Source of the DNA: an uncultured Bacilli bacterium
Lineage (GTDB): Bacteria > Bacillota_I > Bacilli_A > RF39 > UBA660
DNA: 64,000 nucleotides
Direction of reading: 5' to 3'
NCBI GenBank assembly: GCA_934096705.1
Contig: CAKOMR010000004.1
Location: 11,245 to 75,244 of the forward strand
The notes under the pieces are model-generated. The model ran no database searches, was not told the DNA's origin, and saw nothing but the letters and a program-made list of their open reading frames with translations. The stretch's first letter is position 1. Every line of letters starts with the position of its first letter. Shown here one piece after another: positions 9,654 through 19,086 of the stretch. A program made the translations under genes and the position numbers.

Positions 9654-9683
9654 TAAAAAGCCACATTAAGTGGCTATTATTTT
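9654..9683 (-). terminator. Intrinsic terminator after PF-B
   Basis: Stem agccac/gtggct (9659-9675) flanked by A5 and T8 runs, immediately after the stop at 9686. Confidence 0.6.
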
Positions 9684-9685
9684 TT

Positions 9686-11860
9686 TTATTCTACTACAAA
9701 TGGTTTTGTATATGACCCATCTCCTACAGTATAGCCAGTTCCAGGTTTCAAGGAAATGGCCGGAAGCACGCCATATTTACTACCGATGCTGGATCTAGAC
9801 TGGGAACCATAGTTGGCTACGACACTACCATAAGCGAGTGAGGCATCGAAACTGTTAGGAGAAGCAAGCCAGTAATTGTTACCGGTATTCAAATAGAAAG
9901 TACTCGAACTGGCACCTCTATATGCTAGCCCTACCTCAGGAGCAGATAATAACCCAACTGGGTAAGTAAGTTTCGCTTTACTATTACTCATGCTAAATCT
10001 ATCTGTCTCATTTGTACATGCTAAACTATAATTGGTATTAAAATTTTCAAAATTTATATAGGTTTCTGTACTTCCCCCGTTTGGATTCCAGCCATTTACT
10101 GATTGATTGCTTATAGTTCTGTCATTACAAAATACGGTATCTTCGAGTTTATCTGTATAACTTGTCATTTTTTCTTTATACCATGAGTCTATATATGTTT
10201 TTATTGTACTATCAGTTTTATTTACATCATCTGCATATAACATTTCATTTAAGGCATCATCCACTGATTTACCACCTGTAAGTGTTATATAATATGCACT
10301 ACCCGAACTTGTAGAATGTACATAATAAAGTGATGTACATGTTGTTCCTGTCGTAAAACATGTATAATGATTACTATTAATTGTGTTATATCCACTTGAC
10401 CATGTTGCTACTGTTTTTGTATCACTTAATGTATATGTTCCATTTGCATACGTAAATGTATTTCCGAATACTATATTTGATTGTGACGACATACTTTTTC
10501 TAGAAAATGTATAAACGGTATTATACATATATCCTACATATGCTGGTGAGACGGAACTACTATTAAACGCTGATGTATTTGTAAGTTGTGAAGCATCATT
10601 AGTATTATCACAAGTTTTGAATGTATTATTTTCATCAATTTTATTAAGATTAAATGTTATAGTACTACCCATCCTATTATTGTATGTAATTTTTATTGTA
10701 TTAGAAGATGTTATAGTACCCAAATTCAACTTACTATCTGCATTACCACTAAATCTGCCTTTATCCGTTCCATCGATAAAAATATTAAAATACGAAGGTG
10801 CTTGGCCTTTACTAGTAATGGAATAATTTAGAATATAAACACCAGTTTCTGAAACATTGAATGAAATAGTAGCTGTAGCAGTGGCATTACTATTCGACCA
10901 AATATTATTTGTACTATCAAATGTAAATGGATTACTTGTATCATTGTTTATATTTGTATATTCACCACTAACTAATGGCGTGTTTTCTAATTCCGGCACA
11001 CCATTATATATCATTTTAATCCCACCAGTGTCAGTAGTTCTTACTATCTTCCAGCAAAATCCTCCGAAAAGTACATTGTTATTTTTAACTGCTCCATTAA
11101 AGTAATATATATTATTAGGATAAGTATTTGGATCACCCTCAGCAGTTGGATCATATAGTTTTACATATGTATCACTATTTTTATACCTATTTTCAATTGT
11201 TTCATATAAAGTATTTACTTTATCACCAAAATCAGTTGATACTCCAGTTCCAATTATAATTGTACTTAAAAGTTTTTTATCCATTGTTGAACCATTTCCA
11301 AGCCATCCTTCATTTTCATCAATCCACACATATAAATAATAACTTTTTGAAGAACTTGCTGGAACGCTTACTTCTCCAAGAAAGTATCCTGAAGTAACCC
11401 CACTATAACTTGTATTTTTACTACTTAATTCTTTTTGAGTTACAGAAGATAAATTAATTTGACTAGAAATATTGGTGCCAGAACTTGGTACTGCTGCGCT
11501 TTGTTCTATTAAAGCATACTTAAGTGCTCTAACTGGCATTGTTGATGATTTTTGTGGGACTAGTATAATAGATATGCTTTGTGCTTTAGTACAATTGTTT
11601 TTAACTACAAAAGGTGTTCTAAAAGTCGTTGCGCTTAAAGCTTTAGCATCAGATACAGGTACAGAGTTAGGAGGTTGAATAGTTATTGAACTACTACTTG
11701 AAAATGAAATGGCTGCACATGATGGAGCGTTAACCATAACCTGTGAGTTCGCATTATTTTGGCTATTAGAAACTTTAAAATAAGCGTAAGAAATAGATAC
11801 AAATGTACAAAGAATTAAAAGAATAACAATTACACGTAAATATTTATTACTATTTTTCAT
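9686..11860 (-). CDS. PF-B: large secreted protein with a SipW-type signal peptide and the shared C-terminal WRIxR...YWLASP...RPAISL module
   Basis: N-terminus MKNSNKYLRVIVILLILCTFVSISYAYFKVS. Core YYFNGAVKNNNVLFGGFCWKIVRTTDTGGIKMIYNG. C-terminus LTYPVGLLSAPEV...YWLASP...LPAISLKPGT..GDGSYTKPFVVE. It is 14 nt downstream of PF-C, so the two are probably co-transcribed. Confidence 0.75.
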   Translation of the reverse strand: MKNSNKYLRVIVILLILCTFVSISYAYFKVSNSQNNANSQVMVNAPSCAAISFSSSSSITIQPPNSVPVSDAKALSATTFRTPFVVKNNCTKAQSISIILVPQKSSTMPVRALKYALIEQSAAVPSSGTNISSQINLSSVTQKELSSKNTSYSGVTSGYFLGEVSVPASSSKSYYLYVWIDENEGWLGNGSTMDKKLLSTIIIGTGVSTDFGDKVNTLYETIENRYKNSDTYVKLYDPTAEGDPNTYPNNIYYFNGAVKNNNVLFGGFCWKIVRTTDTGGIKMIYNGVPELENTPLVSGEYTNINNDTSNPFTFDSTNNIWSNSNATATATISFNVSETGVYILNYSITSKGQAPSYFNIFIDGTDKGRFSGNADSKLNLGTITSSNTIKITYNNRMGSTITFNLNKIDENNTFKTCDNTNDASQLTNTSAFNSSSVSPAYVGYMYNTVYTFSRKSMSSQSNIVFGNTFTYANGTYTLSDTKTVATWSSGYNTINSNHYTCFTTGTTCTSLYYVHSTSSGSAYYITLTGGKSVDDALNEMLYADDVNKTDSTIKTYIDSWYKEKMTSYTDKLEDTVFCNDRTISNQSVNGWNPNGGSTETYINFENFNTNYSLACTNETDRFSMSNSKAKLTYPVGLLSAPEVGLAYRGASSSTFYLNTGNNYWLASPNSFDASLAYGSVVANYGSQSRSSIGSKYGVLPAISLKPGTGYTVGDGSYTKPFVVE

Positions 11861-11874
11861 AATCTATTCCTTTC

Positions 11875-13494
11875 TTAATTAACTGTATATGGATCATTAT
11901 AGGTACCTGTACCAGACAACGATACATTTTTTGCAAGTGATATAACTGGTCTTACGCCATATGGCATAAAAACTGATTTATAATCAATTCCACCATTAGA
12001 ATTTGTAAAGACGAGCATACTTCCTGAAAGATAATTGCATGGTGACACTGTCCAATATATATCTAAAGAATATAAAAAGTAATTTAAGTTATTACCTGTA
12101 CCTGATCCAGCAAAGGCCATTTCATCAACAGTAATTAATCCTATAGGATAAGTAAGTGCCCCATTTCCAATATCAGTGTTAACAGTAAACCTGTCACTAG
12201 CACTTTCACACATAAATGTCGGATTGAAAATACCATTAAGAACAAACCTATTGTAACCACCATAATTTGCGGCATAGGAACTATATGTACCTGATCTATC
12301 ATTGCACACAATTTGGTCCGCTATTTTGCCATTTTCATATAATGTTTTTAAATTTGTACTTCCAGAAAACCAATTTTCAAGTAAAATTTTCATTTTGCTA
12401 TTATACACCGTTCCATTAGAAGTAGAACAAGTTGTCTGTGAAGGATCACATTTTCCATAACCATGTTGAGAACCGTCAATATACTGATATCCAATATTTT
12501 CAGGTTTTGAATTGTCACTTACATAAGTTGGTGATGATATTATTTGATTCCTATATTTTCCTACATATTCCTCATTCTCTGTAGGCACAGATGTTCCAGC
12601 ATATAACATTCTTATACTACCATCACCATTTATTCTTATAATTCGCCAGTACATGTCATTATTACTACTATTTTTTCCAAACTTTACCCAATTATTATTA
12701 ATAGCACCTCTAAAAAAATATGTTTTACCTAAATCATCGTTAAGACTATACATACCCTCATTATCAGTTGCGGCAGCAGATACATCAAAAAGGCTTTTGG
12801 AAGAAACATAACTTTCTCCACCATTTAAAGCAAGTATGTAGTCTTTTGCACTAAGTGCTGACATATCTCCATAATCGCAATTTATATTTTCAATTTTGAT
12901 ATTTCCTTTATATGTTTTTCCAATAATACTATCTTGTGGTTTTTCAATATTATAATATTTTAAAGTAAAATTCCATGTATCAGAAATTGTTGTTTTAGAT
13001 GAAGTTGTTTTAATAAGTCTTGCTCCACCTATAACAATTTTGCTCGAACCATTTAAACTAGTTTCAGATATTTTTCCACCATTTTTAGAACTACCACTTA
13101 TAGTAAGCTCATTATATGTAGTTTGTGATGCCATATAAGCAGTTGAAGGTACATAAACAATATCATAAGTACAATACACTGGAGTAGTACTTTTAGCATC
13201 AAGCGTAACTGTGATATTTCCACCACTATTTGATACAAAAGATGTATAATTGTTTGTGGCGTTTTCAACATCTAAATCTGTTTCATTGATTGTTAAAGAT
13301 ATGCTATTTGCTCCCGTAGAATTAAATGTATAAAAAGTAGTATTTATCTGTGTTATTGCATTTTCTGTGTTATTTATAACAAGTTTTCCAAAATAGGCAT
13401 AAGCAATTCCAGAAATTATTGATAAAACTAAAAGCGTACCAATAACAGTAAGGATTTTAGCTCTATTATTTATTATCTTCTCTTTTATATCCAT
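11875..13494 (-). CDS. PF-C: secreted protein with a SipW-type signal peptide and the shared C-terminal module
   Basis: N-terminus ...ILTVIGTLLVLSIISGIAYAYFGKL. Core TYFFRGAINNNWVKF...YWRIIRINGDGSIRMLYAGT. C-terminus LTYPIGLITVDEMAFAG...YWTVSP...GVRPVISL..GTGTYNDPYTVN. Confidence 0.75.
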   Translation of the reverse strand: MDIKEKIINNRAKILTVIGTLLVLSIISGIAYAYFGKLVINNTENAITQINTTFYTFNSTGANSISLTINETDLDVENATNNYTSFVSNSGGNITVTLDAKSTTPVYCTYDIVYVPSTAYMASQTTYNELTISGSSKNGGKISETSLNGSSKIVIGGARLIKTTSSKTTISDTWNFTLKYYNIEKPQDSIIGKTYKGNIKIENINCDYGDMSALSAKDYILALNGGESYVSSKSLFDVSAAATDNEGMYSLNDDLGKTYFFRGAINNNWVKFGKNSSNNDMYWRIIRINGDGSIRMLYAGTSVPTENEEYVGKYRNQIISSPTYVSDNSKPENIGYQYIDGSQHGYGKCDPSQTTCSTSNGTVYNSKMKILLENWFSGSTNLKTLYENGKIADQIVCNDRSGTYSSYAANYGGYNRFVLNGIFNPTFMCESASDRFTVNTDIGNGALTYPIGLITVDEMAFAGSGTGNNLNYFLYSLDIYWTVSPCNYLSGSMLVFTNSNGGIDYKSVFMPYGVRPVISLAKNVSLSGTGTYNDPYTVN

Positions 13495-13524
13495 AATAAA
13501 AATACCTTTCTACTATACATTAAA

Positions 13525-13554
13525 ATAATACCACATTTAATATCATAATGTCAA
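13525..13554 (-). promoter_or_regulatory. Sigma-A-type promoter of the PF-C/PF-B operon
   Basis: On the minus strand: TTGACA (13549-13554), an 18-nt spacer ending in TGG, then TATTAT (13525-13530). GAAAGG RBS upstream of the ATG at 13494. Confidence 0.5.
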
Positions 13555-13617
13555 AGTGTTAGACATAAAAAAAGATAAATAATTGCTTATTTACCTTTAA
13601 TGGGTTTTTAGTACATA

Positions 13618-13645
13618 ATATACTTAAAAACATATACTTAAAAAC
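13618..13645. repeat. Perfect 14-bp tandem duplication atatacttaaaaac x2
   Basis: Read directly: 13618-13631 and 13632-13645 are identical. It lies about 65-90 bp upstream of the PF-C -35 box. Confidence 0.9.
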
Positions 13646-13728
13646 CTACATATATTGGCATAGATTTTTTCCATGCAAGATGTAGTATACAATAAATGTT
13701 TAACAAATGCAAGTATTTTTTAATAAAA

Positions 13729-13758
13729 AATAGATAAATTTTTTGGGATTTATCTATT
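13729..13758 (-). terminator. Hairpin after dnaJ, overlapping its stop codon
   Basis: Perfect 10-bp stem aatagataaa/tttatctatt with a 10-nt loop. The T-run on the minus strand is only modest. Confidence 0.5.
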
Positions 13759-14895
13759 ATTCATTTTCTTTTTAAAATCTTTGAAAGCATCTTCATTATC
13801 TAAATTTGAATCAAGTAATTCTTTGAATAATTTTTTTTGTGATAATGTAAGTTTTGTAGGGATAATAATATTTACTACTACATACATATTACCACGAACT
13901 AAAGAGTTTGGACTTTTAATACCTTTACCTTTTAATTTTAATTTTGTATAATTTTGCGTTCCAGGTTTAATATCTAAAATAACATCTCCTGTAAGAGTTG
14001 GAATTTCTACTTCACAGCCTAAAGTTGCCTGTGCAACATTTATAGGAAGTTCTAAATAAATATCATTACCATCTCTTTCAAAAAGTGGTGATGGTTTAAT
14101 ATCAAAATCTACGTATAAATCACCATTTTCTCCGCCTGGAGAAGCATTTCCTTTACCTGCAAGACGAAGTTCATGTCCACTATCAACTCCTTCAGGAACT
14201 TTTACTTTAATTGTTTTTTTATTATTTATAATTCCTGTGCCTTTGCAATCAGGACATACATCTTTATATGTTACACCATTTCCTTTACAATCGGGACATA
14301 CTTTTTGAGTTTGCATAATTCCAAAAAGTGATCTTACTTGTTCAAGAACAATTCCTTTGCCACCACATGTTTGACAAGTTTTTTCATTAAAGCCACCTTT
14401 TCCATTACAATGAGGACAAGAATCTTTTAAATTTACTTCAAAAGATTTTTCACATCCAAAGCAAGCTTCCTCAAAAGATAAATCAACAGTTACTTTTATG
14501 TCAGAGCCCTTACCCCTTCTTTTCGAAGAAGAATGAGAAAATCCTCCAAATGGATTACCTCCAAATGATGAAGAAAAATCAGAATCACCAAAAACACTTC
14601 TTAAAATGTCATCTAAATTAATATCACTTGCATCAAAGCCAAATCCACCATTTCCTTGAAAATTACCAGTACCATCAAAAGCACTAGAACCAAACTGATC
14701 ATATTGTTTTCTTTTTGCTGGATCTGATAGAATTGCATAAGCTTCACCAATTTCTTTAAATTTTTCTTCATTACCAGTTTCTTTATTATCTGGGTGATAC
14801 ATCTTAGCAAGTTTTCTAAATGACCTTTTTATCTCTTCATCTGAAGCATCTTTTGATACTCCTAAAAGTTCATAATAATCTTTTTTACTACTCAT
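13750..14895 (-). CDS. dnaJ: Chaperone DnaJ
   Basis: J-domain DYYELLGV and YHPD, a G/F-rich linker, and four CxxCxG zinc-finger repeats (CPHCNGKG, CQTCGGKG, CPDCKGNG, CPDCKGTG). Confidence 0.95.
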   Translation of the reverse strand: MSSKKDYYELLGVSKDASDEEIKRSFRKLAKMYHPDNKETGNEEKFKEIGEAYAILSDPAKRKQYDQFGSSAFDGTGNFQGNGGFGFDASDINLDDILRSVFGDSDFSSSFGGNPFGGFSHSSSKRRGKGSDIKVTVDLSFEEACFGCEKSFEVNLKDSCPHCNGKGGFNEKTCQTCGGKGIVLEQVRSLFGIMQTQKVCPDCKGNGVTYKDVCPDCKGTGIINNKKTIKVKVPEGVDSGHELRLAGKGNASPGGENGDLYVDFDIKPSPLFERDGNDIYLELPINVAQATLGCEVEIPTLTGDVILDIKPGTQNYTKLKLKGKGIKSPNSLVRGNMYVVVNIIIPTKLTLSQKKLFKELLDSNLDNEDAFKDFKKKMNNR

Positions 14896-16651
14896 ATAAA
14901 TCTTCTAACTCCTTTCTAGTCTTATCACAAAAGGCAAATACTTCGTCATATAATGTTGGACTTTCCATATCAACTCCTGCTACTTTTAAACTTTTAACAG
15001 GGTCAAGTTTAGAGCCAATTTTCAAAAACTTAATGTAACTTTCTAATGCACCATTTTTTTTATTTATAATGTCATTTGCTATTTTAAGTGCTGCAGCATA
15101 ACCTGTTGCATATTGATATACATAGAAATTATAATAAAAATGTGGAATTCTATAGCATTCATATTTAATATAATCATCTACTACTACATTTGGTCCAAAA
15201 TAAAGTTTATTTAAATCTAAATATTCTTTTTGAACAAGTTCTTTAGTTAAAACTTCTCCACTTATTTCTTTATTATGAATATTATCTTCGAAATGAGCAA
15301 ACATAGTTTGTCTTACCATCGTAGCTTTAAATCTTTGTAAAATACTATCTAAAATATATTTTTTCTCATTTATATCATTTGTATGATTAAGCATATAGTT
15401 TGTAAGTATTATTTCATTTACTTGACTTGCTACCTCTGCTACAAAAATTGAATAATTATAATCCTCATAAGTATTATAATTTTGAGCGTAATAATAATGC
15501 ATTGCGTGGCCAAGTTCATGAATCAAAGTTGATACATCATCAAGTTTTCCTTCATAGTTTATAACTACGTAAGGATGAGCTAAATAAGCACACGTACAGT
15601 ATCCACCTTCTCTTTTATTTTCCTTTGGAAGTACATCAATCCAGTGCTCATCGAAAGCTTTTTTTATAACATTTATATAATCCTTACCCATAACTTCTAA
15701 AGATGAAAGGACTAAATTTTTAGCTTCATCATAAGAATATGTTTTATCAAAGTCTTTTGTAATATTTGCATATGTATCATAAATATGAAGCTCTTTAAGT
15801 CCTAAAACTTTTTTCTTTAGATCATAATATTTATAAAATATTGGTAAATTATTTTTTATACCACTAATTAAATTATCATATATATCATTTTTTATATCAT
15901 TACAATATAAACTTAAACTTCTAGCAGTTTTAAAACCTCTTATTTTAGCAATTTTATTATTACTCATAACTTTCGTAGTATAAATTGAATTAAATGTATT
16001 TTCATAATGAGCAATTTCTTTATATAAATTTTCAAAAGCATTTAATCTAACACTTTGACTACTACTTTTAATATATGTACTAAAGTTTGATATTGTAAGT
16101 TTTACTTTTTCACCTTTTTCGTTAGTTATATAACCAAAGTCCATATCAGTAGTTAATAAAAGTTCACTTGAGTCTTCACTTTTTGAATATACTGATGAAA
16201 GAAGTGTAATTAGTTTTTCTTCTTCTTTTGATTTTATATATTTTTTTGCTTTATAAATACTTTTTAATTCATTTTCGTATTCCTTAAGTTTAGGAAATTT
16301 TTTAATAAAATCTTTTATATCACTAAAGTCTTTTTCTAAAAGTTCTGGAACTACAAAACTTTCTTTTTCATTTAAATCATTTATAAAGTTAAGTACATTT
16401 CCAAGCATATTATTATAATTTTCATTAGTTAAATCTAAATCATTATTAATATGAGCATAAAGATATAATCTTTCTAATCTTTTTGATATATTACTATTAT
16501 ACTCTAGATATTCATATAACTTTTCTGGACTGGAAAGTAATTTACCCTCATAAGAAGTAATTTTTTTTGAGTATTTAGTTAATGAATTAAGCTCCTTTTT
16601 AGCTTCCTCATCATTTTTAAATAAAGCACTTAAATCTATTTTTTCGTTCAT
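14888..16651 (-). CDS. pepF: Oligoendopeptidase F (M3B family)
   Basis: HELGHAMH zinc motif, 587 aa. Its stop overlaps the dnaJ start (ATGAGTAG). Confidence 0.85.
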   Translation of the reverse strand: MNEKIDLSALFKNDEEAKKELNSLTKYSKKITSYEGKLLSSPEKLYEYLEYNSNISKRLERLYLYAHINNDLDLTNENYNNMLGNVLNFINDLNEKESFVVPELLEKDFSDIKDFIKKFPKLKEYENELKSIYKAKKYIKSKEEEKLITLLSSVYSKSEDSSELLLTTDMDFGYITNEKGEKVKLTISNFSTYIKSSSQSVRLNAFENLYKEIAHYENTFNSIYTTKVMSNNKIAKIRGFKTARSLSLYCNDIKNDIYDNLISGIKNNLPIFYKYYDLKKKVLGLKELHIYDTYANITKDFDKTYSYDEAKNLVLSSLEVMGKDYINVIKKAFDEHWIDVLPKENKREGGYCTCAYLAHPYVVINYEGKLDDVSTLIHELGHAMHYYYAQNYNTYEDYNYSIFVAEVASQVNEIILTNYMLNHTNDINEKKYILDSILQRFKATMVRQTMFAHFEDNIHNKEISGEVLTKELVQKEYLDLNKLYFGPNVVVDDYIKYECYRIPHFYYNFYVYQYATGYAAALKIANDIINKKNGALESYIKFLKIGSKLDPVKSLKVAGVDMESPTLYDEVFAFCDKTRKELEDLYE

Positions 16652-16664
16652 AATATAACCAAAT

Positions 16665-16690
16665 ATTAGGTCCTAGAAATAGGACCTAAT
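16665..16690 (-). terminator. Strong hairpin between dnaK and pepF (terminator or attenuator)
   Basis: Perfect 10-bp stem attaggtcct/aggacctaat with a 6-nt loop. The trailing T-run on the minus strand is weak (ATTTGG). Confidence 0.45.
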
Positions 16691-16708
16691 ATCATTTACC
16701 TTTCTTAA

Positions 16709-18523
16709 TTATTTTTCTTTGTATTCAGCTTCCTGTGCATCAGAACTATCATCACTTGCATTATTTGAAGCATTTCCGTTTACTTTTGCATTTGCTTCAT
16801 AGACTTTTCCTGCTAGTTCCATAGCCTTTTTATTTAAACTTTCAGTTTTAGCTTTGATATCATCGATATCATTACCTTTTAATGCTTCTTCAAGTTCATT
16901 TCTTAATTTTTCAGCTTCTTCTTTATCTTTAGGATCAACTTTATCACCTAAATCTTCAAGTGCACGATTAGTTGCAAGAATCATTGAATCAGCTTCGTTT
17001 CTAGCTTCACTTTCAGCTTTCTTCTTTTCATCTGCTTCTTTATTAGCTTCAGCTTCTTTCATCATCTTATCAATTTCTTCATCAGAAAGGTTAGTAGATG
17101 ATGTAATTGTAATAGATTGTTCTTTATTAGTTCCAAGATCTTTAGCAGTAACATTTACTATACCATTTGCATCGATATCAAATTTTACTTCGATTTGTGG
17201 TACTCCTCTTCTTGCTGGAGGTATATTTGTAAGTTGGAAGTTACCTAAAGTCTTGTTATCAGATGCCATAGGTCTTTCACCTTGAAGTACATGTATATCT
17301 ACTGCAGGTTGATTATCAGCAGCAGTTGAGAATACTTGGCTCTTACTTGTTGGAATAGTTGTATTTCTTGGAATTAAAACTGTCATAACATTTCCTAAAG
17401 TTTCAATACCTAGTGAAAGTGGTGTAACATCAAGAAGTACTATATCATTTACTTCACCAGTAAGTACTCCACCTTGAATAGCAGCACCCATTGCTACAAC
17501 TTCATCAGGGTTTACACTCTTATTTGGCTCTTGTCCAAGTTCTTTTCTAACAAGTTCTTGAATATAAGGTATTCTTGATGAACCACCTACTAAAATAACT
17601 TTATTAATATCTTTAGCAGTAAGTCCAGCATCTTTTAAAGCTTTTCTTACTGGCTCTAAAGTTGAATCAAATAAATCTTTATTTAAATCTTCAAATTTTG
17701 CTTTTGAAAGCGTAATATCCATATGAAGTGGTTCTTTATTTTCATTTTGAGTTATAAATGGAAGAGAAATTTGTGTAGTACTCATAGAAGATAAGTCTTT
17801 CTTTGCTTTTTCAGCAGCATCTTTAACTCTTTGCATTGCCATAGCATCTTTAGATAAATCAATACCATGTTCTTTCTTAAATTCAGAAACTAAATAATCT
17901 GCTACTCTTTCATCAAAGTCATCTCCACCTAAATGGTTATTTCCAGCAGTTGATTTAACTTCAAATACACCATCACCTAGTTCAAGAATTGAAACATCGA
18001 ATGTTCCTCCACCTAAGTCATAAACTAAAATTGTTTGAAGTACATCTTGTTTATCAAGACCATAAGCAAGTGCAGCAGCTGTTGGTTCATTAATTATTCT
18101 TTCAACATCTAATCCGGCAATTTTACCAGCATTTTTAGTTGCCTGTCTTTGGGCATCGTTAAAGTAAGCTGGAACAGTAATAACTGCTTTAGTTACTTTA
18201 TCTCCTAAATAACTTTCTGCATCTTTTTTTAGTTTACTAAGAATTTTTGCACTGATTTCTTCTGGTGTATATTTTCTTCCATTAGCTTCAACTTTTTCAT
18301 TTGTTCCCATTTTTCTTTTTATTGAAGAAATAGTATTTTTAACATTTGTAACTGCTTGTCTTTTAGCTGTTTCGCCAACTAGTTCATCATCACCTTTAAA
18401 AGCAACTACTGAAGGAGTTGTACGATTTCCTTCGGCATTAGGAATAACCTTAGCCTCTCCACCTTCAAGTACAGCAACACAGCTATTTGTTGTACCTAAA
18501 TCTATACCTATAATTTTACTCAT
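16709..18523 (-). CDS. dnaK: Chaperone DnaK (Hsp70)
   Basis: [31 protein letters not shown]; 604 aa. Confidence 0.97.
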   Translation of the reverse strand: MSKIIGIDLGTTNSCVAVLEGGEAKVIPNAEGNRTTPSVVAFKGDDELVGETAKRQAVTNVKNTISSIKRKMGTNEKVEANGRKYTPEEISAKILSKLKKDAESYLGDKVTKAVITVPAYFNDAQRQATKNAGKIAGLDVERIINEPTAAALAYGLDKQDVLQTILVYDLGGGTFDVSILELGDGVFEVKSTAGNNHLGGDDFDERVADYLVSEFKKEHGIDLSKDAMAMQRVKDAAEKAKKDLSSMSTTQISLPFITQNENKEPLHMDITLSKAKFEDLNKDLFDSTLEPVRKALKDAGLTAKDINKVILVGGSSRIPYIQELVRKELGQEPNKSVNPDEVVAMGAAIQGGVLTGEVNDIVLLDVTPLSLGIETLGNVMTVLIPRNTTIPTSKSQVFSTAADNQPAVDIHVLQGERPMASDNKTLGNFQLTNIPPARRGVPQIEVKFDIDANGIVNVTAKDLGTNKEQSITITSSTNLSDEEIDKMMKEAEANKEADEKKKAESEARNEADSMILATNRALEDLGDKVDPKDKEEAEKLRNELEEALKGNDIDDIKAKTESLNKKAMELAGKVYEANAKVNGNASNNASDDSSDAQEAEYKEK

Positions 18524-18541
18524 ATATAATCATTCCTTTCT

Positions 18542-19078
18542 TTAATCTTGAGTAATTGTATTCACTCTAACCATAGCTACCCTTATAACTTTATCATTAT
18601 AAGTATAACCTTTTTGCATAACATCAATAACTTCATTATTATTTCTTTCAGGTATTGATGTTGTCATAATAGCTTCCATCGTATTTGGATCAAACTCTTT
18701 ACCAATGCATTCTATCTCCTTAACTCCAATGCCATTAAGTGTAGATAAAAATGATGTGTAAATCATTTTAAATCCAGATAGGAATTTTGATAGTTCATCA
18801 GTTAAGTCATCATCATCAAGACTAATAGCTCTTTCAAAGTTATCAATTATTGGTAATAATTCTTTAACTAGTTTTTCACCATCATATTTATAAATATTTG
18901 CTTTTTCTTCATTAAATCTTCGACTCATATTTTGCATTTCTGCATTAAGTCTTAAGATTTTATCTTGCAAATCTTTATTTGTTTCAAGTAGTTTTTCTTT
19001 TTCAGCATCAATATGCTCTACATTTTTCTTTTCAACATTTTCATGTTTCTTATGAGATTTTTTATTTTCTTCTTTCAA
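18542..19078 (-). CDS. grpE: Nucleotide exchange factor GrpE
   Basis: Coiled-coil N-terminus and C-terminus QKGYTYNDKVIRVAMVRV. Positioned between hrcA and dnaK. Confidence 0.85.
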   Translation of the reverse strand: MKEENKKSHKKHENVEKKNVEHIDAEKEKLLETNKDLQDKILRLNAEMQNMSRRFNEEKANIYKYDGEKLVKELLPIIDNFERAISLDDDDLTDELSKFLSGFKMIYTSFLSTLNGIGVKEIECIGKEFDPNTMEAIMTTSIPERNNNEVIDVMQKGYTYNDKVIRVAMVRVNTITQD

Positions 19079-19086
19079 ACTTTCAC

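Noticed and set aside
9755-9856. PF-B cassette acting as the DGR template repeat for the PF-A cassette, or the reverse
   Set aside because: The mismatches are not confined to adenines of either copy (for example aga vs agt, tcc vs gat, gcg vs tat). About half of all positions differ, so neither can be the template of the other.
8783-13494. Tyrosine recombinase plus adjacent surface-protein genes as an invertible or shufflon-type phase-variation locus, or an integrated mobile element
   Set aside because: I found no inverted repeats flanking a promoter or gene segment, and no att-like direct repeats. All homologous family segments are in direct orientation. The recombinase looks like an ordinary housekeeping XerC/D.
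16854-17285. 143-aa Ser/Leu-rich ORF antisense to dnaK, plus similar antisense or alternative-frame ORFs inside rel, tig, obg, tsaC, the ABC transporter, dnaJ, rpmA and other genes
   Set aside because: These are typical low-complexity shadow ORFs inside highly conserved genes. The true genes on the other strand or frame carry unmistakable motifs.
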